NCBI RefSeq assembly: GCF_964355755.1
Contig: NC_092680.1
Span: forward strand, 19,539,045-19,603,044
Source: Antedon mediterranea
Lineage: Eukaryota; Animalia; Echinodermata
DNA length: 64,000 nt
Direction of reading: 5' to 3'
The stretch's first letter is position 1. Each line of letters begins with the position of its first letter. A model generated the notes under the pieces. It searched no databases, was not told the origin of the DNA, and was given only the letters and a program-made list of their open reading frames with translations. Shown here one piece after another: positions 1-12,489 of this stretch. Both the position numbers and the translations under genes were made by a program.

Positions 1-140
1 TCTTTTGTTAACATACCAATGGCGATACTGAAATTTAAAAAAAAAACAAGCGTAAGTTAAGCGTTAGCAATAGGATTTTTAAAATACAGACTAGACTAAA
101 TAGACTTACAAGCTATACTTTTACTATAACATCAAGTAGG

Positions 141-3100
141 CTACTTTATGAGTTTACCTTCTTCCATTGTTGTGGATTTGTTCACAAATACTTGCTTATC
201 TCGTTGCAGCTCCACTATTTTGTTAGTTCCTGGTCCAAAAATCGTCAATAGAACCGGTAATGCGAACAATGCGTGAAATAAACCAAACAACATTAGCAAA
301 ATGATTGTTCTAAATGCATTAATTATTATTGAAGATGAAGAAAGCAGAAGAAAAACTGCAGAACCGGAAATGACGAGAGTTGTCTGCACAACAGGCATTC
401 CGATTGTGTTTAGTGCGGACAGAGCTCTCAGATTGGACGATTCTGCGTCTGACGTAGCATACGCGTATGTCACGTGCGTCGAAAAGTTTACACTGAAACC
501 AATGCTTAAAATCACTGCCATCATTGTAAAAATATCAAGCTCAACACCCCAAAATAATAAATAACCTTCGACCCCAGCCTCTATAGAGAAAACACCTAAC
601 GTGATCCAAACTGAACAGACTGGATTTGGGACCAAGAGAAGAGTGAGTACGAACATGCATACTGCTGCGATTAAGAACAGCTCAAGGGTTTGGGAAACAA
701 TATCTTCATGTTGCTCTGTAACGATGAAAAATGAACTAAAAACAACTACTTCTGAATTAGCCGTTTTAGCTATATCTCTCATGTCCTGTAAGATCTTAAC
801 TTTATCTGAATGTGTGTACGCATTACATGTCGCCAAAATAAGAACTCGCGAATTAATGATCCTGACATCTCCAGATTTACTGAATGCCAAATCAAGTTTA
901 AACTGTTTTCCCGCCGATGATTTCAAAAAGTCATTTTGTAACTTTTCTATATAAATGTCTTTTGTAACATTTGTACAACTTCCATATGAATTCGTAAGAA
1001 ATGTACAATATTCTTTATACCACGATAGCGTAAATTCAGGTCCACAAATGTACTCGTTTGACTCGAACGACTGTGTCATCTTCTCCACTGTACTCTGAGT
1101 GTCTTTCTCCCAATATTCCAGGTCTTCCATCATTACGTACACCGATGGACCATACTCTACTAAATTGTTCGATTGGAATAATTTTGATGTGGTGATCTCG
1201 GCGTTGATGTCTTCTTGAACGCTAGAGATGGTCGTACAACCGTAAATCGCAAAACCTTCATACAAGACAAGAACCACTATGATAAGAAATTTACTGAAGC
1301 GGTGCATTACAAACGGTCCTAGGTACGTTTTAATAAACCACGAAATTAATGGCTTCAGTTGATATATTGTAAGTTCCTCATTATTATAATTTACTCCACC
1401 TGCACAAAGACATTTGTAGATAACATTAGAAGATTCGCTTTCTGGGTCAACCTTTACACAAGTGAAACAGTGACGATTTTCCATTTCTCGTCTGCCAATA
1501 TAGAAGAGACACGCGCCAAAAAAAGTTAGTTGATAAGCATACGTGAAGACAAGGGACAACCCTGCACATAAGCATGGTACTCGGATGCACATAAAAGGGC
1601 TAATTGCTCCAATCATGTAAATTATGATGTTGGCCAAGTGTGTGATTGAAATAGACATAATTGCGTCACTGTAACACTGTATCAGACGATTTTCTATCGA
1701 CATCATCATAGGATTCGCTTCGCGCCAAGAATACAGCAAAACAAATGTGTTGTCGAGTCCAATACCTACAAAATTAAACAATGAAATAGAAAAACTTGTT
1801 AGTCTATAATACATCAACTAAGTCCTTCAAATATTTCAACCGATTTACTTCAAGAGATTATAAAAATTAAATTTAAAAAAGAAGAAAACTTTTAAACAGA
1901 TCGAAACGTGTTTCGTCTCTTTATTTCGAATTTATTTTATCTAGAAGTCAGTGAATCGTCTGATATATGAACGATGTTAAGATTAGGCTACCTAAAGATT
2001 GGTTTCCACTAAGACGTAGACGCAACGCAAGTTGGTTGATCCGCGCGTCGTGATTGGTCAACGATAACGTCCAAGTGACAACCAATCACTCAGGGAATAC
2101 TTCTTCTATTCCAAACAAATTTTGTTAGAATTGACGAATTAACCTTCTTTCTTATCATGATTTGTACTAAGTCTTGTGACTTTGTTTCTGTACCAAGTTT
2201 CTTAACACGCATCTCATTTATTGATACCTACCTAATGTTAAAAACACGACTCCAATAACACCAACGTTTAAATCAACTTGGAAGAAGCAGACCAGACCAC
2301 ATGCCGATATAAATGCCAAGACTGCCGATATTGTTCCGGAAAGAGCTACCATCGGTTTGCTGAGAACGCAGTCTGCCATCATGCAGCTCATCGAAGCCAG
2401 AACAACCATCGCAATAAAACTTACAATAATGACGGGTAAATTATCTTCTAATGCAGACGACATTTGTTCAGACGGTGTCTGAGAGGTGTAGTAAGCAACG
2501 CTAATAATTTCAGATTCGTAGTTATGCAAGAGGGTAGTTATTTCTTTTTCCCACTTTGAAGAAAACATACCGTATGTGTCTGGTTTGAGAACATACGTTA
2601 AGATTATCAAACTAGCCGACTGTATATTACGCGTCTGGTTACGGGTAATGACGTCACCCAGCGAATCCCCAAGAAAAAACGTTACGCCGTCAGAACGCAC
2701 AGTGGATGGGTACGTAAGATCATTTAATGAAATACAAGTACTGTTCCCGTAAAAGACATCTACAATCGGGTTTAACACACATGTATCGTTCCACTTTGCA
2801 CACAAGTTTGTAAATCCAAAAGGTTCTCCTTCCAGAACATATCTTCTTATTGAGTTGTCTAACTGTAGAATTTCTGTCAAAACGTCATCACTGATCACAT
2901 TACCTCCTGATGATGACGTAATTCGAATGGTGCATCCTTTCTCGGCCACTTTCGTTCTGCGATTATTCGAGTAGCTTGAGTAGTCGGTTGGAAAGTACAT
3001 CTCGGTGTGATATTGTTCATACACTGCTTTGGAATACAATGGCGTAAACAGATCACTAACATCTTTGTCAATAGTTACGAAGCAGAAACCAAAACTTAAA

Positions 3101-3216
3101 CAACATGTGACAACAACGGGTATTAATAAATACGATAGCGGCCTACGAGATATTGAAATACTCAAATTATGTGAACATTTGTTGAGTTCTCGGCGAATAT
3201 GTGTTGCAACGTCCAT
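141..3216 (-). CDS. PTCHD3: Patched domain-containing protein 3-like (PTCHD3/patched-related RND family, sterol-sensing domain), 2 exons, about 869 aa
   Basis: Exons 3216..2232 (donor TTA G|gtaggt) and 1765..141 (acceptor tttgtag|GT) join in frame as ...FLTLG-IGLDNTFV. N-terminal TM, luminal loop with CAKW..C, SSD helices (GIGLDN, SISITHL.N), second loop (FTLSWY) and C-terminal TM bundle (GFSVNFSTH, FGLFHALFALPVLL) match the patched-related family. Exact orthology is not established. Confidence 0.88.
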
Positions 3217-3879
3217 GTTTGTTGATTAAAGCTTGTTGGCTCTATGATAATTATGACTACCAGCATATTATTATGTGACATTGTGTCTTTGTTTCATATT
3301 GTAGACTTCCATAATTGTGTGAACAAATGGGTGGGCTCGTTAGCAATGAAACAAGGCGTTAAATATCGCATATATACTTATTCTTCTTCGTGAAGAGACA
3401 GGGTAAAGAATTGTCATAGTTGTTTGTTTACCAAAGAGATTGCTGTACAATAAACGAAAGTAGAGTTTGAGAAAAACGAATTGCTTTATTACTCAATATT
3501 CCTCCTCCGAAAATATAACATGGGCATCTATATTTCCTTTCAAATATCGTATAGGCCCGCCGCTACGAAAATTTATCAAAACATAATTTTCAATGGTTAT
3601 TAAATGAGACTAATACGACCTTAATCAATATAAGCCTCGTAGTTTTGGTGGTATGTGGAAAATGAACAGTTCTTACAAAATATGAAAAAATAAATAATAT
3701 ATGGGCAAGGCTATGGAAATACACGCCTATATATTTCCCTTTGCCAATTAAAAAAAGCTTGGTTTAGTGGAATAAATAAAAGATTATTTCTGATTAAAAA
3801 CAAGAGTTATAAAATTATTACTGAGAGGGGGATAGATATAGGAAGAGTAAAAAATTAATTTGACTCTTCCCTCTGGTTA

Positions 3880-4066
3880 AATAATAGAGGGCGCTACTTT
3901 GTTTGTATTAGGCCCGAATGCGATGAAAGATCGAATCGATCATCAAGAGAAGATCAGAATAAACAACATACTGCCTGATGAAAAGTATGAAAACAATGTT
4001 TTTTAAAAATCATTCTTTAATATTAAGAGCATTTGTTTTTTGAAAACAATCTGATTTAACGGTAAG
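3880..4066 (+). promoter_or_regulatory. Probable RNF144 promoter and non-coding first exon, in the region shared with the divergent PTCHD3-like gene
   Basis: Strong donor acg|gtaagc near 4061, followed by a CTAG/GGCC-rich tract. Acceptor cactacag at 4811-4818 lies just upstream of the RNF144 ATG (4832). Confidence 0.5.
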
Positions 4067-4831
4067 CATTATCCTGTCCGTTTTATTACACTTCATAAAG
4101 AAGAGATGTAGCCTATAAAAATAGCTAGGCCTAGGCCCTAGGTAGGTATGCTAAAAATATAATGAATGGCAATTGAATAGCCTAGTAGTAGTAGAGTATT
4201 GAGGACGGCTAGGCTGGGCTTAACTAGGCCTAGGCTAGGTAGGGGCTAGGCCTAGTTAGTAGGTCCCCTAGCTAGGCGCGCCTAGGCTAGGCCTAGGCTA
4301 TCATATGATTATTCACATCTAGCCTATGCTATGCCTAGGCTTGTTAGATAGGACTGGTCCTAGCCTAGTACAACATTTCAGTTGTTTTCCGTTACAAACG
4401 TTAAACTGTGTGTGGTCAATTAGGCCTGCTTTAAAATTAATTGTTTTTAATATTAATTAAGAGTGTTTATGTCGACACAGTTGAGTTAAATACAAGCACC
4501 CTGTGTCATTCCCTGGGTACTAAATTAGATGTAAAAGGATTTATCCAGACCACAACACAAATAAATTTTGTACTCTGCAATGTAAAAGTGGTACATTAAA
4601 TATTTATTAGCAAGATGAATGTAATCTAAATAAGAAAATAGGCTCTAACCCTAAATCCTTCAACGCCTTCTCCCTCCTCCATAAAAAAATCAACAAAACA
4701 ACGGCCCTAGATCTTCATGTATTCTAGGGTTATAAAAGAACAATAAAACCATTTTTAGGCAACAATCAGCTAAAAACAATTTTTTTGACTCTTTGAAATG
4801 CTTTCCCTTACACTACAGGTTTATATTGAAG

Positions 4832-7800
4832 ATGGCAGTTAGCGTTGTCAGCTCTGATCTTGCCCTCGATCCACTGATCAGCTGTAAGTTATGTATGCAA
4901 GAACACCCTGTAAAAGCTATGCATACTATGCACCAGTGTAGCTGTATATATTGTAAAAAGGTACGTATTATGCACTTGTCAATTGTATGACCCACTATAC
5001 GACCCCCGGGAGAGGTGCGTCATTTGTCCGATGTGCGTCATACTTTTGAATACCATGACGCACCCGTGCGTCAAAAAGATAACTTACCTTTAGGTGACCA
5101 TGACGCACCCATTTTGACGCACTGTGACCATGTTGTTTATGATATGGTGGGTGGTAAAGTGACGGACATTGACACACCTTGTTCATTGATGTGATGTACC
5201 ATCTAGGTTTTTTGACGCACCTCTGCGTCAGTAATTATTTGTGAATGACGCACCCATGACGCACCTCTCCTGGGGGTCGTATAGTGGGTCATACAATTGA
5301 CAAGTGCATTAGTTTATCCCTTCTATCGATCTAAAGATTAGGAAATCTGTGAGTTTGACAGAAAGCCACCCAAACCAAGATTCAAACTCTAAACCTTCTG
5401 CTTGATTGGGCTTATTGGTTATATAATACAGATACGGATACCAATACATTGATTGTTAATTTCCTGTTAAATTCATCAGGAACACTTTGAAGATGATCAG
5501 ACAATTTATGAATAACAAACCATTGTATTAGATCCTTCTTAAATATATTATGAAAACTTGCTATGGATAGAAGCAAAGGATTACTTTCAGTTCAGTTCCA
5601 AATCCACGACATAACCACATGCACGCTGTTTTCTTTCAGTTTTTAATTATTCATTGTTAATGCAAATCTATCATTATAACCTGAGTTAAATATCACCCCT
5701 AATTTTCACAAAATTGTATTTATTAACTAGGCTCAGTGTCTTGAACTATACATGCCCACCATACATTATTTTTTTTAAACGTGTCAACTGTTTTTTTTTT
5801 AAATTGGGGTGTGTTTTTTTTTTTTTTGCAGTGTTTAAAACAATATCTGAGTCTTTTGATAAGTGAAGGGTCTGTGAGCATAATAACATGTCCAGATGGA
5901 GAATGTCCAGAGAAAGGAAAGATAAACGGGACAGAGGTCAGTTTGTATGATGATACATAATTTTAATATTGAAATAGAACATGACGAGACTACTACTAGT
6001 GTAATAAATATTTTATTTTGGAGATTACTAAAAACTTCGTATTAGAACTTGATTTAAATTATACCAGAGCAATGGTTCTTAATCTTACAATTTTGAATTT
6101 TTATATAGATACGTTTACTCGTTAACATGAAGGACTTTGAGCGATACAGACGTCTAAAGTTTGAAATAGGTAAGTTTAATGAAATTGTGTATGATTACAA
6201 TATAAGTTGTTTAAATATTCAAATACCATATTTCTCAATGTGCTTTATATTAATCTTCACCTATATATAGTAGACCCACCCTTCTTTGGGACACACCTAT
6301 TAAGGGGAACATTCCTGTCAATCAAATGAGGAGCAAGGTATGTTTCAACTATACAGCCAAACCTATTTGTGGGACACTCTTATTAAGGGGAACATTCCTG
6401 TCAATCAAATGAGGAGCAAGGTATGTTTCAACTATACAGCCAAACCTATTTGTGGGACAGTCTTATTAAGGGGAACATTCCTGTCAATCAAATGAGGAGC
6501 AAGGTATGTTTCAACTATACAGCCAAACCTATTTGTGGGACACTCTTATTAAGGGGAACATTCCTGTCAATCAAATGAGGAGCAAGGTATGTTTCAACTC
6601 TACAGCCAAACCTATTTGTGGGACACTCCTATTAAGGGGACATTTATGGGTCCTTAACTACATACATACAATCTTGAATGAAGTGAATTTTTTTTCATAA
6701 GCCTAAACATTTTGTTGAGGAAATTAAATTATTTTTAACTGATTTTGAAATATTTGAAATAATAATCTGTTAGAAGTATATTTCTTCTTTGTGTAATATG
6801 AATAAATTATATACAGTAATCCAAAAAAAAAAAAAAAAAAAAAAACCTATTTGTGGGACACTCTTAATAAGGGAACATTCCTGTCAATCAAATGAGGAGC
6901 AAGGTATGTTTCAACTATACAGCCAAACCTATTTGTGGGACAGTCTTATTAAGGGGAACATTCCTGTCAATCAAATGAGGAGCAAGGTATGTTTCAACTA
7001 TACAGCCAAACCTATTTGTGGGACACTCTTATTAAGGGGAACATTCCTGTCAATCAAATGAGGAGCAAGGTATGTTTCAACTCTCCAGCCAAACCTATTT
7101 GTGGGACACTCCTATTAAGGGGACATTTATGGGTCCTTAACTACATACATACAATCTTGAATGAAGTGAATTTTTTTTCATAAGCCTAAACATTTTGTTG
7201 TGGAAATTAAATTATTTTTAACTGATTTTGAAATATTTAAAATAATAATCTGTTAGAAGTATTCTGCCTTTGTCTGATATTCGTTGGTTTCCGTAGTTAG
7301 GGTTAAGGATTAAAATTATTTACAAACATAGTTCATGTTTCTTCTGTAGTTTAATCCCATTTTGAATAGCAAATTTGACCTTTCTCATGGCTGTTATTTC
7401 AGATGCATTGCCAGCCATACAAAACAAACCGCTATAGAAATTTACCTGTAGCCATTACACTGTAAAAAAATGTATACATAAATAATCAACAATTCAATTT
7501 CTCAGTTACGTGATTATGGAATAAATTACATTAATATATGTGTCATGATTTTATTTTATTCATTGATTATAGAGTGGAATGTGCAACCCAAGTAACAGTC
7601 GTTAGTAAATGTATAATTTAAAATGAGCATCCATTTATTTCAATTGCTAAGCTAGATTACCATTTACAGAATTCAGTAATCTTATAAGTATGCATCTGTA
7701 CAATACAAAATTCCATGCTGTAAACTAAGACTAGTTTTAGTGTATAGTAATGGAACTGATAGAATTAAGTGAAAGTCTTATATAACAAGTCTACAGGGTA

Positions 7801-10535
7801 CACATTCAAAGGTTATAGTCATAATACTAATAGAAAATAAAAAGCTTTCAATGAATGGTATGTTAACATTATCCTCCTTCTCAATGCACATTACATAAGC
7901 CATGTAAAGAAAATTAAATGTTTAATTTAATGTTTTTCAATGTAACTTTTGACCCAACAGGTGTTAATTGTTTTTGTTACAAATTTTATTTGTTTGTAGT
8001 GGTTTTTTTATGTAAATTTAAGGAAATCTTTAAATTATGTTGTGCTGTAAGTTGATGATTAAGATGATTGGCCATATTTACACACAGTGAGATATTTCTC
8101 TTAAACACAGTTATAATAATATAGTCAATAAATCTACAGTACTGTATTCACCTAAATTTTTAAGATGTATTTCCTTATACCCATTTCACACTTTTTTAAC
8201 AAGTTGTTAAAAGGCTTCATGTCTGTGGACATGTCAATCTTGGGGGAGGGGGTGTTTTAGGGGTAAAAGTCTTTTCCTTGATTGGTTGATGTGGTCAAAG
8301 GAAAAATGACAACTCCGCCCTTTTCAAAAACATGTTAGGCTTTGTTTATTATTAACCATTAACTGAATTTAACCTATTATTAAAGCACTGGTTAAATTCA
8401 AAATCCTAGGAAATGTGTCTAAAAATACTAAATATTGTGTTTGTAACAGAGGTTGATTTGGATCCTCATCGTACTTGGTGCCCTGAAGTTGATTGTGAGA
8501 CCATTTGTCACGTGTGTAGTGGTGACCTTCTCAAAGCAAGATCAGTAAGCTGCCCAACGGTCAGTATATACCGAATCTATATATAGAATAGGACACCTCC
8601 TATTCAGGTGACACCCTATTATGAGCACATTTTCTAGTGGAGCAATATGTTTCTTAACATTATGAACAACTCCTATTAAGGGGACACTCCTATTAAGGGG
8701 ACACTCCTATTAAGGGGACACTCCTATTAAGGGGACACTCCTATTAAGGGGACACTCCTATTAAGGGGACACTTTGTTGGGTCCTGAAGGAGTCCCCATA
8801 TACAGTATTAAGAAAACGCTTTGTTTCCCATGAAACGATTGAGGGGCATTATATGTTTTAACACTACGCCCAACCCCTATTCAGGAAACACACTATTAAG
8901 GGAAACAATGTGTTTATGTGCTATATATTCAATAAGAAGACATGTTATTTTGAATCATCGTTGAAATTGCTATGTCCTCTGTATCTAATTCTAATTGGTT
9001 CACATAGCTTATGATATTAAATTGAAGAGAGAAAATATAAAATTTGGGTTATTTAAATAAACAATGGAGTCAAAAATTATTGATTTTTATTTAAAATATA
9101 TATTTATTATATTATATGTTCTTTAGTGTCAATTAGAATTTTGTTCAGTTTGCAAGTCAACATGGCATCAAGACCAAACTTGTTCAGAGTATGTAAATTA
9201 TTTGAAGTCACAACCAGAATCCAGTTGCAAAGGTCGCGATACATTCAGGTAAGAACATTTCATCTATGGACATACTTTGTACAAAATAAAGAAATAATAT
9301 AAAACTGCTTTAGATATATGTCTTTATAAAGGAACTTTGTATCACTAATATAATACGCTAGGAAATTGTTCAATTTTTAAAAAGATGGCAAATTAATTAA
9401 TTATAGAACCGTTTTCTATGCCAATGAGTAATAGATTCTGTTAATTATTTAAAATGTATTGTTTAAAAACCCTCAAAGATACATAAGCTTTATCGTTTTG
9501 GGACAGTCAACTGATCAACGAAATGGTGTATAATCTTTTGTATAAAATTAATACCATCTTGAAATAACTACTATTTAGTACTGTTACAATTATGATATAT
9601 ATATTGTGTAAATCTAACCTGGATATACTGTAAACCTACCCCAAAGTTTGAGCAGTACACTGTAATTGAATACAAAATATAGACCTACTATATGTTGGTA
9701 ACTTTGTTAAAGGCCTGCCTACTAAAAAAAAGAGACCATGCCTTAATTTTGAAAGTTTTATTTTTTTAGCATTCCATTTGAAAGTGAAGTAGAATCGAAC
9801 ATCAAGCGCTGTCCAATGTGTCACATCGCAATAGAACGTGATGAGGGGTGTGCGCAAATGATGTGCAAACGCTGTAAGCACGTTTTTTGTTGGTACTGTC
9901 TCACTAACCTGGACGATGACTTTCTGTTGAGGCATTATGATAAGGGACCTTGTAAAGATAAACTGGGTCATTCCAGGGCTTCTATCCTGTGGCATCGCAC
10001 TCAGGTAAGAGTTTTTGTATATTTTGCATAGAAAACAATCTGAGTAAACTAATTTGATAGAAATTAGCCATAAGCCACATAATGAAATGTCCCTATTCAG
10101 GTCTGTACGCTGTCACGGTAATAGCCAGAGAATTGTCCAATTTCTTCAACAACCAAGCACAGGTCTGGTATGAAAGTTCAGAACACACAAACTGAAATAA
10201 ATTTCAGTACTGGTTGTACAAAATGTAACTAAATAAAAACTGATACAAATTTAAGCAAAGTAGAAATTGTAGATGCATTTATCATGCTTTTTTTATATTT
10301 GGTGTTTAAGTGATTTTTAGAAGGATCTTTCGTTAATATAATTATGTTAATACGATAAAAAGTGATTAAAATTGGACTATTGATATTGATGTTTTTACAG
10401 GTAATTGGCGTGTTTGCTGGTTTTGGACTTCTACTTCTACTCATGTCACCATTCCTAGTTCTTGCAGCCCCTTGTATACTTTGCTGTAAATGTAAAATAT
10501 GTAAATGCTTCCAGGATGACCCAGATATTTCCTAG
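4832..10535 (+). CDS. RNF144: RBR-family E3 ubiquitin ligase RNF144 (RING1-IBR-RING2-TM), 7 coding exons, about 298 aa
   Basis: GT-AG exons 4832-4960, 5832-5936, 6109-6169, 8450-8559, 9127-9248, 9770-10004 and 10401-10535 total 897 nt in frame. Protein reads [13 protein letters not shown]...CLKQY...TWCP...[34 protein letters not shown]...[27 protein letters not shown], characteristic of RNF144A/B. Confidence 0.95.
4971..5308. mobile_element. MITE, PIF/Harbinger (Tourist)-type, in the RNF144 intron after the first coding exon
   Basis: About 53-bp near-perfect TIR (tgcacttgtcaattgtatgacccactatacgacccc...ggggtcgtatagtgggtcatacaattgacaagtgca) flanked by TTA on both sides (4968-4970, 5309-5311). 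Internal tgacgcacc motifs. Confidence 0.85.
6284..7262. repeat. 69-bp minisatellite in two blocks, part of a 483-bp-offset local duplication (RNF144 intron)
   Basis: Unit aaacctatttgtgggacactcttattaaggggaacattcctgtcaatcaaatgaggagcaaggtatgtttcaactatacagcc-type, about 5 + 4 copies. The unique tail 6641-6780 recurs at 7123-7262; ORFs 6506 and 6989 are near-identical at offset 483. Confidence 0.85.
8669..8772. repeat. 17-bp minisatellite (ctcctattaaggggaca) x6
   Basis: Direct tandem copies visible; shares the ctattaagggg core with the array at 6284. Confidence 0.9.
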
Positions 10536-12416
10536 AAGATGACCTTTGGGATAATGTACATTTGAGATGACCTCTCAGCAGTACAAACTACTGCTTTCTT
10601 TATTTTAGCAATGCATTTTTTTATTATATTTTAATATGTTGTCAAATTATTTATGAGATAATTTATAATTCCAGGTATGTTATACCAGGCTGTAGTTTGT
10701 TGTTATTTTTAGTTTAGTTTTAAATATTTGTTCAGTCTATTCCAAGAAGTGCACCCTCTATGGTTATAGTATATGTTATAAGTGGCCTTGCTATAAAATT
10801 AACACTATAAAATAGGTTAAGTTAAAGAAGATTTACTAACATGAAGGGAGTATACTGTTTTTATTAGATAAGTACCTGTATATATTCAATATTTACTTTA
10901 GTAATATAGTATAACATTCCTATAAATTATATTTTACAAGAAAATAGATATACTGTACTTGTATAATGTTAACCATAACAAAAAATACCATTATAGTTAA
11001 GTTTTAATGTAGTAAATTTAAGTAATTAGGTCCGAGATTTCCTTATACTTTTCATGTGATTTTCTATGGTTTTTTGTCAGTTACTGTCATTTAAATATCA
11101 TAACATGATGTACACAATCAGTTTGTTAAATAAAAGGTGGATTTGTGTCTAGATGGAACTGAAAACAAACTCAACTGTCGCTATTATGCTTCGCAAAACT
11201 GAACGCAAAATAACAAACTATGTTTAAATAAGCACAGATGAACATGTTAAAATCTTGTGCATGCAATATGGGCAATTGTGACCAGTTGCAATCACACACA
11301 CTTGATGTGACCAGTTGCAATCACACACACTTGATGTGTTCAGTTCCGTTGTTGTTGTTGTTGAGTTACTCAAGTTCTTTGAGTTTTCAGTTTCAGGTAG
11401 ACATAAAACCAAATCCCTGAAATAGTTCATTTAAATTATAAAAATTATAGACTTGTAAATCAATAATTTTAGTAAATAGTGTTCTATAACATAAAATCAG
11501 TTTCACAAAGATATGTTTTTACTTAGGGTTGTTGCTTAACTTATGCTTTTGCTATACAGTATGTTTAATTTTGGATTTTTGCTTTTGGTTAAATGTTATC
11601 CCCTACTGTAGAATAATATGTGCAATGTACCAGTAATAAAGTTAAGATTGGCAGTGCAAATGAGACAAGCATAGAAATGTTAAATATATAAGTTTATAAT
11701 TTCTTGGTAAACAAAGAAGCTATGACCTAGAACATGTCATCTAAATGAAGTTAAAAGATGAACTGCCGTTAATTCAGGATGAAAGTGCGAGAGTGTCAAT
11801 TATGGGAATGGCATTGCAGGTCATCTGATGACATTGCTCCTGTATTTTCATTCAATACTTTTTAAAAATATACTACTACAATAATAATTTCACTGTTCTA
11901 CATGATATGCGAGACTGAAAATATTCTTCCCATTGATCGACGGATACAAAACATTCATTATTTGTTTAAAATATCATCACACACCTACTGTTTTTAAATT
12001 AATCTATTTAACACAATCAGTCACAAACCTTGCTTTGTGGAAAAAAACCTTATACAGTATAGAAATTTTACTTTGCAATAGGCATGTGATACAAATTAAC
12101 CAATCACATGGCAAGGATTCACAGGTTATACTGTATTATAAAAAATAGTTTGTAATTTTTAGTAATAAACATCTGTAACAAAAGGATTGTACAAAGCACG
12201 GTTTTGGTTTATAGATGCTAAATAAAAGTATTGTGTTGAAATGCATATTCCAGATGATTTATACTTGTGTTATTAAGCTGTCATTTTAGCAATCTGTAAG
12301 ACTGACTGGTCTATACTGGCAAGACTTTAAAAACTTTTCTTTCGATACGCAAAAGATATGAATGAACCTCGTATTGTACATCTTTCCAGAGATCAAGGAT
12401 CTGAACATGCAGGATA

Positions 12417-12489
12417 ATCCAGAATGCAACCGGGCCCAACGTTAACTTCGGTGATCTGACGAGAACCAATGTTTCAATGAAGTATTAGG
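12417..12489 (-). pseudogene. Degenerate 5S rRNA-derived fragment (5S pseudogene or SINE3 head)
   Basis: Reverse complement reads ...ttgaaacattggttctcgtcagatcaccgaagttaacgttgggcccggttgcattctgga, matching the metazoan 5S core (ggttctcgtc.gatcaccgaagttaag...gggc..ggttagtacttgga) with deletions. Confidence 0.65.

Noticed and set aside
301-954. Plus-strand ORFs 301..564 and 601..954 (also 3029, 9636, 14066, 14542, 20223, 22228, 23028)
   Set aside because: Antisense shadows of real coding exons or LINE ORFs, with no independent motifs.
11278-11337. 29-bp tandem duplication in the RNF144 3' UTR with overlapping short ORFs
   Set aside because: Simple two-copy slippage duplication; the ORFs have no recognisable features.
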